Shown piece after piece: positions 33,706-46,000 of a DNA stretch of 64,000 nucleotides. Source of the stretch: Blastocladiella emersonii ATCC 22665. Its lineage: Eukaryota; Fungi; Blastocladiomycota. A program made the position numbers and the translations under genes. Each line of letters starts with the position of its first letter. Position 1 is the stretch's first letter. The notes beneath the pieces were generated by a model. That model worked only from the letters and a program-made list of their open reading frames with translations. It had not been told where the DNA came from and made no database searches. The stretch covers positions 868,001 through 932,000 of the forward strand of contig JANHCV010000013.1 in assembly GCA_025594325.1 (NCBI GenBank), written 5' to 3'.

Positions 33706-36700
33706 TCAGCTCCCCTTTGCCATGAACGCGTTGAGCGCTGGCCCGAGGATGTCCACCCCGCTACCACACACGGGGTACACGGGAGTGAGGAGAACGCGCT
33801 TGAGGATCGGCCGCAGCGACGTGTAAAGCGCAGCGTCGAACCGCGGATCCTCCTCGGGCACGGGTCCCTTGATTGGGAACATGTCAGCGGCAGAGATCGC
33901 GGGGAAAGCGTTGGTCGAGAGCTCGTGAACGGACATGCGGCCAGCAATCGCTTGCGCGCACTGTTTGATCACATCCAGCCGGGAGTTGATATGGATCACA
34001 GTGGTCGAGTTGCGGGTCGAACATGGCCACGGTGCACTCGAGGCCGGGCGTCGGGATCATACCCGGTCCAGCCGAAGGAGCATGACGGCGCGGTCAAAAA
34101 AAATGAGAGCGCGACAGTCGCCCGCGTCATCGCGAACCGAGACCGCCTGGTTCCAGCTCGCAAACGCATCAAAGACTTGTCGGGTGGCCTCAACAAGGCC
34201 AGCAACTTCGAGCTCGACTTGTTTTCCGTGGACCGAATGACCCAGAATTTCAAGTGCATTCGCATCACGGCGCCGCGCATCAGCGCCCGCCGGGTGAAAG
34301 GTGTTGAGCATGTCCGCAGCCGTGCAGCTGGCCGCGCGGATCGAGTGCTGCATAATCGGTTGTTGAAAGCGAGAGGAAAGCGGCGCCCGGCTGGGGGCGG
34401 AACGGGTATGAACGAAGTGTCGGCGAGGGCGCACACAATACGTTCGAGTGTAAGCTTGACGCGTCGTTGCTTGCGGGCGACATGGATGTTCGTCACGCGA
34501 ACAGGCGCCGTGACGTGCATCGTCTGCGGGGCGCCGTTGATGAGCAGCGTCGCTCCGCCGGCACCGTCATCGAGCTCGGTTGACCCAATAACGATTTTGG
34601 GCTCGTCGGGCTTCGGAAGTGTGAATCTGGTCCTCGCGGCAGGCACGTTGGATGGAATTCGCATGACGATCTCGATTTGGTCCACGGCTTCGGCAACATT
34701 CTCAACAGGCAGCACCCAAGCACGCTGAATCTGCTGAAAGTAATCAAGCGGAGGCAGACTCAACGGAGGCATGGGACACGGGAAGCGGATGGCAGAGGAA
34801 AGCGGCACAAGTTTCCCTCCAAGGAGCGAGCGCTGGGGCGTTTCATCGTACCTCCGAAGTTTCTCGCGGTACACACCAACCATTGTGGTGTCGGGTGGCA
34901 ATGACTGCAAGCGCGCAACCGAGAGATCCGCACTGACGCGCAAGCTCGGAGGATGACCGTAAACGGGTTCAACGCGAAGGCTCTCGAGCCGGATAGTCAC
35001 ATCGCCGCTAACAAGCTCGAAGCCCAAGTAATCTCGATCCACTAAGGCGCCGTCATCGTCGGCGGGAACTACAAGCTCGACGCAAGAATAGCGACCCTTT
35101 TCGCGCCTCGAATAAAACCCATACTTGTCCAAAGCAGCTGAAATCTCGCCTGATCCGGTGATTGGACACCTGACACGCTCCACGAGACCCATAACGAAGT
35201 CGGTGAGCCCAGTCAACTTGCCATCGACGGGCAGGAAACAAGTCTTTGGATCAGTTGTTGTAACGCGGCTGGAGTCCATGGCGAATCGGATAAGTTTGGG
35301 AAGCAGGCTTGCCGTCGTAAAACTTTGGACTATACGGACAAACGTGAGCGGATCGCATAGGACCCAGTGGATCTGCATGACACACTTGATGTGCTCGAGT
35401 AGGAGGTGTAAAGAATGCATGTCACAAGGGTGTTAGTGAGAAAGGGCGATTTGTCAAGCATCGTCGGCACCGTTGGCTGACGCAGCTTGACGAACGTGAG
35501 ATGGCGCGTTTGGATGGGCATCGAGATGGTCGAGGCTCCAGGCCGACGATTGATACCAGGTATGTGAGCTCTTGGAAGTTGACATCTCGGCGAGTGCGAC
35601 GCCAAAAAGGCCGGGAAAGCCGCGTGTGGGAGACCCGACTTGAGCTTAAGGTAAGTATCAAGGCCGCCACCATAGTCGATTCCGGCCGAGGACGTCGAGG
35701 AGGTGAACAAACGCGCGCGGTCTGGGTGTTCGTCGCGCTCGCGAAGGAGAGGGGACCCGTGAACGAGGACGTTGATCAGTCCACAAGAATCGGTGAGATT
35801 GTTGGTATCGACACCGTCAAACCGCATGATCGGGTACAGTTTCATCAATTCCATGGTGACGATAGCATGGCCGTAGATAAACATGGCGCAGAAGCGTGGG
35901 TTGCTGTCAGTAACACTGCGGTAGAGCTCGGTGACCCAGTCGCCAAGTTCTGCCTGCATGGCGGCTTCGGGAAGCCCGCGTCCAAGAAGCACGTCAAAAG
36001 GGTCCGATGGCAGCGTGTTCGGTTCGACAGCATAGTATGACTCGTTGTCGATCGAGAGCAGGAGAAACGCGGGATTGACAACGAGAGCTGACTCCTATGT
36101 GAAGGCGCTCGACTCGGCAAGGCGTTCGATTGAGCAAGCAGTGCGCGCGGGGTCGCCGCCCTTGAGCACTCCACGGTACTGTGAGTTAAGCCGGTCCATG
36201 AACGAGACCACCGAGCTCGAGGCACTCGAGCAGAAAGTCGGGTTCGCGGCCGAAAACGACGCGTTGTACCGAGCGCGCTCCTCGAGCAACTTGTCGACCG
36301 ACCAGTCCACTTCGAGCCAGGCACACCAGCATCGGCGCAGCTCATCGAGAGTCTCAAAGTTAAAAAACGGAGAACGGCGACTTTTCTGAGACGTTCATCC
36401 ACTCCTTTACTAAACAGGCGCGCAACTGGCCGTTCCAAATCTCTCGGACATCGGGATCAAGCAGTGGAGAATACCAAAGCTGGCCAATGTAGCGTGTGAG
36501 CGACGCCAGGTCGAGCTCGTCGTGCGATGTGAAAGCGATTGCGTGAAGAATGACAAGGTTTCGCGCAAGCACCTCGGGCTGCCAATCGTTTAGCATGAAC
36601 ACGAGCCTCGCCGCCACACCCCTCTCTGCAGCTTCGTAAACGGTCCGGGCGACCTCGGCAAGATCGCCGCAGCCGCACAGCAAAGCGCTCAACAGGGATT

Positions 36701-36884
36701 GAGTGGACGACCCGTGCGAGCGAAACAGGTCGCGTGGCTGTACGTGGCGGAACGGGCGAAAGCGGTTGACGCGGTTCCCACGATACAGCGTGCGGCACGT
36801 CACCAGCGGAAGTGCCGGCCCCGCGCAGTTGTCGGTCATATTAGCAAGTTCGGACGTAATGCCGCCAGTTGCGGGTAGATTCAT
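33706..36884 (-). pseudogene. DUF4470-family copy 3, pseudogene
   Basis: LLCGCGDLAEVARTV and FMLNDWQPEVLARN. Conserved intron 35330-35385. Frameshift at the T6 run near 36360, a nonsense TAG where copy 4 has CAG (~36095), and further frameshifts in the 3' half. Confidence 0.85.
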
Positions 36885-36900
36885 GTATTCAGGCGTGCAT

Positions 36901-39832
36901 TCATTGGGACACCGAGAGGTGGAGAGGGAGAGGGAGGGCCACGGCAATCCGAGACCGGCGATGATTCAAGGGGAGTGGAGCGAAAGGAGAGAACGTCAAG
37001 GCCATGGTGCACTCGAGACCAGGCGTCGGGATCATGCCTGGTCCAGCGGAAGGCAGCAGGACAGCGCGGTCAAGGAAAATGAGAGCGCAGCAGTCGCCCG
37101 CTTCAGAGCGAATCAAAACCGCGCGTTTTCCGCATAAAAACGCGTCAAAGAGCTGCTGAATGACTTTGACCAGGTCACGAAGCTCTTGCTTGACCAGAAA
37201 TTCAGCAGCCGGACGCAAGGCTCTGACCAAGTCAATGCCCGCACAGCGAGCTGCGAATAGCGAGTGCTGCATGATCGAGCTCCAAAGTGGCATGGGGAAG
37301 CGGCGACCGGCCCGAGGCGTCGATATCATCAGCGGACAGTCTGCTTGAACATAAAGTGCGCGTTCAAGAATGAGAGTGACGCGGCCCTCCTTGCGGGCGA
37401 TCCGGATGTCGGTCACGCGGACGGGAGCGGTGACGCGCATAGTTTGGGCGACCCCGTTGATGAGAATGATCGCTTGGCCGAGTCCGAAGTTGACCTTGGT
37501 GATGTCTCGGGTCGGGGAGCAAGAAGTAGTCGGCGGAAGGGTAAACTTGGTCTTCGCGGCGGAGACGCCTGGAGGGATGCGCAAGACGAGCTCGATCTGG
37601 TCCAACTTTTCGGCCACGTACTCGACGGGTAGCCCCAATTCGCGCTGGCCAGTTGGACGACAAGTTTGCTGAAGCGGCTGACGCGGCTGAGCACAAGGGT
37701 AATGTGAGACGCATGCAGCGGAAAGCGGGAGCAGTTTCCCTCCGAGAAGCGTATGCTTGACCTGGCCGTCATGTTGTCGCAGGAGCTGCTCGCGGTATAC
37801 GCCAAGCGTCGTTTCTGGTGGCAAGGATTTGAACACGGGTCGCGAAAGCTTTGCCGAGACGCAGATGCGCGGAGGGTGGCCGTATACCGGCTGGACGCAA
37901 AGATCTTCCAGTCTTAGGATCCCGTTGGGACGGGAAATAACGAGAACAAGATGCTCCGGCTGCAGAGGGGTGTCGTCACCAGCAGGGACCACGAGCTCGA
38001 TATGTAAAGACGAAGCCGATTCTGGGAGAGCAAAAAACCTGTAGCTTTCCATGGCGTTACAAATTTCAGCCTCGGCCCTCGGAAGTAGAGTGCACTTTTC
38101 CAAGGTATGAACGAGGAAGCGAGTGATTCCGGTGAGAAGTTGAGAATCGGTGCGTGGGGCGCATGGTATGGGATCTGTCGTCCGGACACGGCCAGAATCA
38201 ATGGCAAATCGAAGAAACTTCATTATCAGACTCGCAGTTGTAAATCTGGGAACTGTGTGAAATACGTTAGCAATTTAACCCAAGACCGAGATTCAATCAA
38301 CTAAAGCGCACCTGTAGCGCTTGGGAGGGAGGAACGGTGAGTGATGCATGTCACAAGCGCGTCGGAGAGAAACGGAGACTTGTCCAGAAACGTCGGCGAG
38401 GTCGGCTGAGTCAGCTTGACGAAGTTCAAGTAGCGCGTCGGGTTGATGTCGAGGTGATCGAGACCCCAAGCGGAGCCTTGATACCAAGTCGGCGAACGCT
38501 GTGGGTTCGACTTTTCGGCGAGGACGACGCCAAAGAGGGCCGGGAACGCCGCGTGCGGGAGGCCCGACATACGTTGAAGATACCGGTCAAGATCGCCCGA
38601 CGCTATATCAGTCGCTGCCTTCGAATAAGTGAGCAGCCGCGCAGGCTCCGAGTGCATGTCGGTAGCCCGAAGCAGAGGTGACCCATGGACAAGGATGTTG
38701 ATCAGCCCACACGAATCGGCGAGGTTATTCGTGTCAACGATGTCAAATTGTGAGGAAGGACGGGTTGCGATTCGTTCCATGTGCGCAATCGCGTGACCGT
38801 GAGCGAAAGCGAAAATCAATCTTGGCTCAGCTGGAGTGAGGCCGTCACGGAGCGTCGAAACCCAATCGCCGAGCTCGGCCAGCATCGCCGACTCAGGAAG
38901 TCCACGACCAAGAAGCAAGTCAAAGGCATCCGACGGCAGCGTGTTCGGGTCGACGGCGTAGTACAGCTCGTTGTCGATAGAGAGTAGGAGAAACGTGGGA
39001 TTCACAACAACGGTCGACTCCTGCGTGAATGCACTCGAATCGGCAAGACGCTCGATTGAACATCGGCAAGACGCTCGATTGAACATGCCGTGCGCGCCGA
39101 TTGGGCGCCCGTAAGTACACCTCGATACTGTGCCTCGACACGGTTCATGGAAGCCGTCGTGGTTGAGGTGCTCGGACTGGCTGTTGTGTCTGCAGTGGAG
39201 CAAGCTTGGCGGTACCGAGCCCGATGCTCGAGCAGCGCGTCGACAGACCAATCCATGTCGAGCCATGCGCTCCAGATGCGGCGCACCTCGTACCGGGTCG
39301 ACTTGCTTGCTACGCAGAGTCGTAAGCCGGGTGCGGAGTCCAACCAATCTTTTTCGATGCAAGCGCGCATATGGCCGTTCCAGAACTCGCGAACCTTGGG
39401 ATCGAGAAAGTGCGAGTACCAGAGCTGCCCAACATTGCGGGTCAGGGTCGGCAAATCGACCTCGTCAGCCGGCGCGAAAGCGATTGCGTGGAGAATTAGC
39501 ATATTACGCGCGAGAACTTCGGGTTGCCAGTCATTTAGAGTGAAGACAAGTTTTTGCGGCATTCCCCGCGCTGCGGCCTCGCACACGGTCCGAGCGACCT
39601 CGGCCAAGTCGCCGCAACCGCACACGAGTGTGTGCAGGTAGACCTGCTTGAGCGACCCGGTCAACAGAAAGAGGTCCCGCGGCGGGTGGTTACGAAACGG
39701 TCGAAAGCGGTTGATGCGATTGCCGCGGTACTGCGTGCGGCACGTCACGAGCGTCGGACTCGGCGCCTTTGGTTTGTCGACCAGACTAGTCGCCGAGTCG
39801 GATCTATTGCCGCCAGTCACGGGTGGTTTCAT
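36901..39832 (-). pseudogene. DUF4470-family copy 4, pseudogene, 3'-truncated
   Basis: LVCGCGDLAEVARTV. A 23-bp tandem duplication at 39039-39084 shifts the frame. Intron 38253-38311. Homology stops after GLECTMA (~37000), directly against the upstream region of copy 3. Confidence 0.85.
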
Positions 39833-40186
39833 GGTTCTAAACGTGCATTCATGGGTTGGGAGGGAGAGTGCGAAAGTCGCGACGCGTTCGGTTCGAAGCG
39901 TGGGAACCGAGGTCGCGCGCGTTGCGCCACTCACGTGATTGCCCGACGCGTCTCGCGGCTTGTCTCCCCGCGTCCCTCTCGCCGCGACTGAACGCCACAC
40001 GCGCGGCGACCTGTATCCCTCCATCGCTGTGCTGACCCAGTGGTCGCCGCGCTTGGACACGGCAACGCTGGTTCATTTCACTAGAAACTTTCTCCTGTTA
40101 CGCGCCTAATTAGAGTACACTATTTCTTCGCGCTAGGTTTCATAAATAATGAATGAAATCACTTGAATAGAGTATATTTGCGACGC

Positions 40187-41677
40187 TTACTCTTTGTTGG
40201 CGTGCTCCATGATGGTCTTGTATAGCTCCTTGCGCATGACGAAAACGGCTCCACCCTTGCACCCGTTGCGCAAGTACCCGCTGACCCCACCCTTGCCCGT
40301 CGGCAGTGACATACGTTCTGGGGTCGGGACAAAGTAGTTGGGGTTGGCGTGGAACGTGGTGGCACCGTCCCGGACGACAAAAAGCCCCTCGATGTTCCGA
40401 GGCTGGATCCTGTCCAGGATACTGACCTCAAACTCGTGCGCGTACCGGCTTCCAACGCGCAGCAGCTTGGACGACACGTTCAAATCCAAGCCGTTGATGG
40501 CGCGGGCGCGGAGCACAGCGTAATCACTAGGATTCGTGCCCGAGGCGCCAAACCGGCGCGCAACGGACATCTTGTGCGAGGTGCTCACGTAGCAGCTCTC
40601 CATGACGATCCCGCTCTGGTGCATAAAGGCGTCGGCATCCACACGCCCACGCGGAGGGACGCCTGAGTTGAAGAGCCGGTCCGGTGCGCCGTCCTGCAAG
40701 TAGATCTGGTCACCGCGGTAAACGACGTCTTGACCGCCAGTCAGGGCTTCATGAGGGAACGGGTTGTTGTTGTACGTCGCGTCAGGAAGCTCGTCGACGG
40801 GTGTCGGGACATCGGTGAGCTTGGACTCGGCGTACTTGGAAATGATTTCCTGCGCCTTGAACGCTTCCTCGGACGAGACAAGACCTTCTCCCGCGCGGAA
40901 GTCCTCGAGGGTCTTGTAGGCCTTTTTGACGAGCCGCTTCTGGACAAGCTTACCGGCCAGTTGACCAGCCAGGCCATCGAATACGGGCGTAACGATAGCG
41001 CCAATGAGGCCGTCGAGGACCGCGTCAGGCGAGTCGTTCTTGACCACCGCGTCCCACGCCGCGATCTGCCCTGAGGGCGTGAACTCGCCGTTGATGGCGG
41101 ACTCGACTCCAGTGATAGCACCATCCATGGCCGCTCCCGCCGCCGTCCCGCCAGCGATGGCACCGACCGGCCCGCCAGCAAAGAAGCCGGCCACCCCGCC
41201 CGCCATGACGCCCGCGGCCCGCATCCCGCTGCGCATCGCGCGGTCGTCCGCTTCGCGGCAGCCCGCGGCGTACGAGATGCACCCCTTGACGTGGGCGACG
41301 ACAGGGATCGACTCGAGCGTGCTCTCGGCCACCTCCAAGGCTAACCCGGCAGTAGTTGAGCCCGACTTGGCCGTTGCCTCGGCGCACTTGACCACGGTCT
41401 TGTTGAGCGCATCAATTTGGCCAAGCGTCACGCCGGCGGCGACCGATACTGCGGCTGTAGCGACGGCGGTGCCCGCGGTTTCAGCGACGTGGCGCACGAT
41501 CGTCTGCTCGGCCTTCTTGGCGGTGAACCTGGCGCAACCTTCCACAGCATCGTTGAGCTCCTTGACCTGGCCAAACGTCACGTCGGCAGTGAAGGCGGTT
41601 CCCGCCGTGGCGATGGCACCGCCGATAGTGGAAATTTCGTTGCCCGTGGCGATGTTTTGTGACAGGGAGAGGTGCAT
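40187..41677 (-). CDS. Polymorphic-toxin-like protein: N-terminal repeats and glycine-zipper hydrophobic region, C-terminal cholera/pertussis-type (R-S-E) ADP-ribosyltransferase domain
   Basis: Intact ORF. VVYRGD (R at ~40715), YVSTS (~40577-40585), YAHEFEVS (ExE at ~40427-40435) and closing ANPNY. Central GVMAGGVAGFFAGGPVGAIAGGTAAGAAMD. The first ATG (41677) is tentative; an upstream exon is possible. Confidence 0.8.
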   Translation of the reverse strand: MHLSLSQNIATGNEISTIGGAIATAGTAFTADVTFGQVKELNDAVEGCARFTAKKAEQTIVRHVAETAGTAVATAAVSVAAGVTLGQIDALNKTVVKCAEATAKSGSTTAGLALEVAESTLESIPVVAHVKGCISYAAGCREADDRAMRSGMRAAGVMAGGVAGFFAGGPVGAIAGGTAAGAAMDGAITGVESAINGEFTPSGQIAAWDAVVKNDSPDAVLDGLIGAIVTPVFDGLAGQLAGKLVQKRLVKKAYKTLEDFRAGEGLVSSEEAFKAQEIISKYAESKLTDVPTPVDELPDATYNNNPFPHEALTGGQDVVYRGDQIYLQDGAPDRLFNSGVPPRGRVDADAFMHQSGIVMESCYVSTSHKMSVARRFGASGTNPSDYAVLRARAINGLDLNVSSKLLRVGSRYAHEFEVSILDRIQPRNIEGLFVVRDGATTFHANPNYFVPTPERMSLPTGKGGVSGYLRNGCKGGAVFVMRKELYKTIMEHANKE

Positions 41678-42074
41678 GAACGAGTGGTAGGACTCGGCCA
41701 AGGTGGCTACTTAACATACGGAGTCGCTTCAACACCTCAACAGTAGAGCGTAGCGCATCCGACGAGCTACAGGCAAGTAAATCCCAAGCGTGCCAAGAAT
41801 TACTGTCTAGCTTCGCTGCTCCTTGGGTTTCACTGTTCATTTCATTTCCACTGTCAAACGAGGTCAAACTAAAAACATTAAGGAAGCTTCGCAACTTCCC
41901 TGGAAAACCAAACAACTTTCCAGCTGTCAGGGCGAACAGTCATCCGATACGGCTGCATCACCCATGCGAGCAGCGTGCTCGCGTCACGATAGATCAGAGC
42001 AGCGTGGCAGATTCTTACGCGTGGATTAGCAGCGGGTGACCTGCCGTGCTCCCGCGCGTTTGCCCGGAAGCCGA

Positions 42075-42090
42075 GAGACGCGTCGCGAAA
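42075..42090 (-). promoter_or_regulatory. 16-bp motif TTTCGCGACGCGTCTC, one of three perfect copies
   Basis: Identical copies at 55215-55230(+) and 56891-56906(+), all outside recognised coding sequence. Confidence 0.5.
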
Positions 42091-42226
42091 TGGCGTGGAA
42101 ATCACATGACCACGCCCTGCGAGACACGACGCGTTGTGCAGACCCCATGGCGTCGCGGCTAAGTAACCGGGTCCAAACGCAGAGCCCAGAGCATCAAAAA
42201 ATCCGAGTATATCAGCGCCAAATCAC

Positions 42227-45200
42227 TCACGCCTCGCCGCGAGCGAGCGCCGCCCGCGCGGCGACCTGCATCTCCTTCATGGCCGCGAGATCCCACGCGT
42301 CGCCCCCGCGCTCGGCCATAGCGAGGACGCGGGCCATGTTGGCGAGATCGACGAGCTCGACGCCGTCCTCCTCCTCGCCACCCACATCCTCGTCGCGGTG
42401 CTGCGCGCGCTCAAACTCGTCCGCGACCCGCTCAGCGTGGTCGACGACGTCCGCAGGCACGCCCGCCATGCGCGCGACGTTCATGCCGTGGGACCGTGGA
42501 CTCGCGCCCGGCGCGAGCGTGTACAGGAACGTGACCTGCTTGCTGCTGGCGTCTTCGAGGACGGCCATGTGGACGTTGTTGACGGGTCCCGCGGTGAACT
42601 CGGTGGTGAGTCCGTGGTAGTGCGTGGCGAAGACGACGCACGGGCGGACGCAAGTCGCGAGGTGGTGCAGCGTCGCAAACGCGATCGCGTGGCCGTCAAA
42701 CGTGGCGGTCCCGCGGCCGAGCTCGTCCATGAGCACGAGCGACCGCGGCGTCGCGACGCGCAGGATGCGCGCGGCCTCGTGCATCTCGACCATGAGCGTC
42801 GACATGCCCTGGACGACGGCGTCGCGGGCGCCGATGCGCGTGTGGACGGCGTCGAAGGGCGCGAGCGCGCACCGCGCCGCGGGGACGGGCGACCCGAGCT
42901 GCGCGAGGACCGCGAGCAGCGCGACCGTGCGCTGCGCCGTCGACTTGCCGCCCATGTTGGACCCGGTCAGGAGAAGCGACCGCGGCGTGCGGGCGTGGCC
43001 GAGCGCGACCGTCGTCGGGATGAACCACGGCTCGCGCGCAAAGCACGGGTGGCGCGCGTCGACGAGGTCGATCCACGCCCCGCTGCTGGTGTCGTCAGCG
43101 ATCTCGGGCGTGCAATCGAACCCGTTATCGTCCGCGGCGACCGCGAGCCCAGCGAGCACGTCGATCTCGGCGACGACACCCGCGAGCGCACGCCACGTGG
43201 CAGCGTGCTCGGCGAACTGCGCGAACACGGCGCGCGCCGCGGTATCGAGGTGCTGCGCGCGCACCTCCTTGTGCTCCTCGAGCTCCTCGTTCATCTTGGC
43301 GACCTCGGGCGCCATGTACCGCGCAACGGCTTTTGTCGCGGACACGCGGCGCCACGCGGCGGGCACCGTGGAGGTCGAGACGGGCACCTCGATCGTGTTC
43401 TTGTCCTTGCCGACGTCCTTGAACACGGCCTTGGCGCGCAGCTGCTGGCGCGCCGTGGTGAGGAACGTGCTGAGCCGGTCCTCGACGTCGCGCACCTGCT
43501 CGCACGCCGCGTCGTATTCGGCGACGACGCCGGGGCGCGGCTCGAGGTGGCCCGAGGCCGCGGCCGCGGCCGCATCGAACGCCGTCTCGAACCGCGCCAG
43601 CGTCGTGTCGGCGGCATCGATCACGGCCGAGTTGCCGACGAGCGCCGCGACACGCGCGGACGCGAGCGCGCCCGAGTCCACGAGCGCCTGGACCTCGCGC
43701 ACCGCGGCGACGGCGGCGCGGAGCCCCGCAAGCGTGGTGCAAAAGTCCTTGACCTTGCACCGGGCGACGACGACGGCGCGCGCGATACACCGATCGAGGT
43801 CCGGCACCCCGCGCATCGCGTTCCGCACCGAATCCCGATCCCCCGAATTCGCGCGCCACGCAGCAATCGCCTCCTGCCGCTCGCGGATCTTGCCCGCGTC
43901 GCGGAGCGGGTGGCACACCCAGACGCGCAGAAGGCGTCGGCCCATGGGCGTCGCGCACCGGTCGAGCGCTGGAAGCAACGCGCGCTCGCCGTCGAGGACG
44001 CCGAGGTTCGCGAGCGCGGCGCCGTCGAGCGCGAGGTACCCGGCGTCGCGTACGGGGTCCCACGCGGCCGCGGTCGCGCCCGCCAGGATGTCGTCGCGCT
44101 TGAGCCGCTGCAGGTACGCGGCGAGCCCGCCGAGCGCCTGCGCGGCGAGGTCGTCGCAGTCGGTCACGACCGCCGGTGCGCCCGCGGGCCAGATACCCGA
44201 CCACGCCGCGCGCGCGGTATCGGCGGCGGGGAACGAGGGCAGCGTCGCCCACTCGGCGTCGGGGCACACGGCTTTCGCGAGCCGCGTCGAGGCCGCCGCG
44301 AGCCCGCCGCGTGGGACCACGAGCTCGCGCGGGCGCACCTGCATCAGCAGGGTTTCGAGGGCGGACCGCGCCGGGTCGTCGGTGAACGAGGCGAGGTGCA
44401 GGGCGCCGGTGCTGGCGTCGAGGAAGGCGGCGGCGACGGCGCGTTCGCCGTTTTCGGAGGTCTCGGATTCGAGCAGGGCCATGCAGTACGTGGCGGCGTC
44501 GGAGGCGAGGAAGGCCGGGTCGACGAGCGTGCCCGAGGTGAGCACGGCCGTCAGCTCGCGGCGCATCACCTTGTCCTTTTTCGCGGTGCCCTTCTCGCGC
44601 AGCGCCTTGCCCGCGGCGGTCTCGGCCTGCTCGACCTTGGCCACCTTGTACCCGCGCGCGACGAACTTGATGGCCCAGTCCTCGAAGGCGGTCATCGGGA
44701 AGCCGGCCATCCGCATCGCACCGCGGCCGTTATCCGCGACACGCATGTCGAACTCGCGCTGGGCAATATCTGCGTCCCGTTCGTACAGCTCAGCGAACTT
44801 GCCCTTTTGGTATGCCAATATGGTGTCGAAGTACTGCGACTTGACCTCCCAGTAGTGGCGCTCAAAGTCGGAGAACTTGGCCCACGCCTCCTTGGGCACG
44901 TACAGCGACGACGGGTCGTAGTCGGGCTCGCCGGGCCGGCGGCCGTCGGCGTCGCGGATGTCCTCGAGCCACGCGTAGTTGTTCTTGTTGGTCTCGGCGA
45001 ACTTGGCGGTGCGCGCGTCGCGGCGCGCCGCGGACGTCGTGGTCGGCGTCGCCGCGACGCTGCCGCTACCCGAAAGCAGCGACGGCGTGCGCAGCGTCGC
45101 CTTGGGCGTCGGCGTGCCGCGGCGGCTTGTGCTCGGGGTGGTGGTGCGGCTCGGGGTACGGCTCGGCGTGCGCGACGCTATGTTTCGGGACGGGAGTGTC

Positions 45201-45862
45201 AGCGAGCGATCGGGCAAGTGGAGGGCGTGGCGAAAGCGTACACTTGGGCGTCATATCCTCATCCTCGTCGTCGTCGTGGGCCGCGTCGACCATCATAGCG
45301 TCGTCGTCTTCCGCATCGTGCGCCGACACGGCCGGCGGGCGGTAGTCATCGTCGTCGCCGTCGTCGTCCGAGTCGATGACGCGGGCGCGCTTTCGAGCGC
45401 TCGGCGTGGTTGGCTACAGGCTCGAAGGGTTAGTGCGTCTTCTGTGGCTCGCTCGCGCGATCGACCAAAGTGAGACCGTACCGTGGCACTCGCCGCGCGC
45501 TTGGCCGGGACCGACGGCGTCGTCGCAGCTGGCTTCCGAGCCGCTGGCGCCAGCGAGGGAGCCGGGCTCGCGGCGGGGACAGGTGCCGGAGCGGGCGTCG
45601 GGGTTGACTGAGACGGCACCGCCGCCGCGGAAGCAGCCTGCGACGCCGAGACCGACGGCTGCGAGGCCGAGACCGACGGCTGCGACGCCGAAGCCGACGA
45701 CGACGGCTGCGACGCAGCACTAGCCTGCGACGGCGTGGGCGTCTTGCGGCCAAAGAACTTGAACAGCGACGACTGCACGCGCTTGTCGGTGGGCGTGCCG
45801 AGGCCGAGGGGCTTCTTGGCGGATCCGCCGCCCGGCGTCTTAGAGCCCGGTGCGGACGACAT
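42227..45862 (-). CDS. MSH6: DNA mismatch repair protein MSH6 (MutS family)
   Basis: RRPGEPDYDPSSLYVP, KGKFAELYE (F-x-E mismatch motif), GSNMGGKST Walker A, DELGRGTATFDG and SHGMNVARMAG. Two short canonical introns near 45415-45480 and 45177-45240. Confidence 0.95.
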
Positions 45863-46000
45863 GGTGCATGGGGTTACGTTGCGTCGTTCGTCGTCGCGAG
45901 GGCGGTGGTGGTCAAGTGGAGCGAGGGGAGGCCGGTGGATGATCAACATGAAATGCCCGTCGCCCACCCGCCGCCAGGTCGACGACGACGTTCGCTCGCC

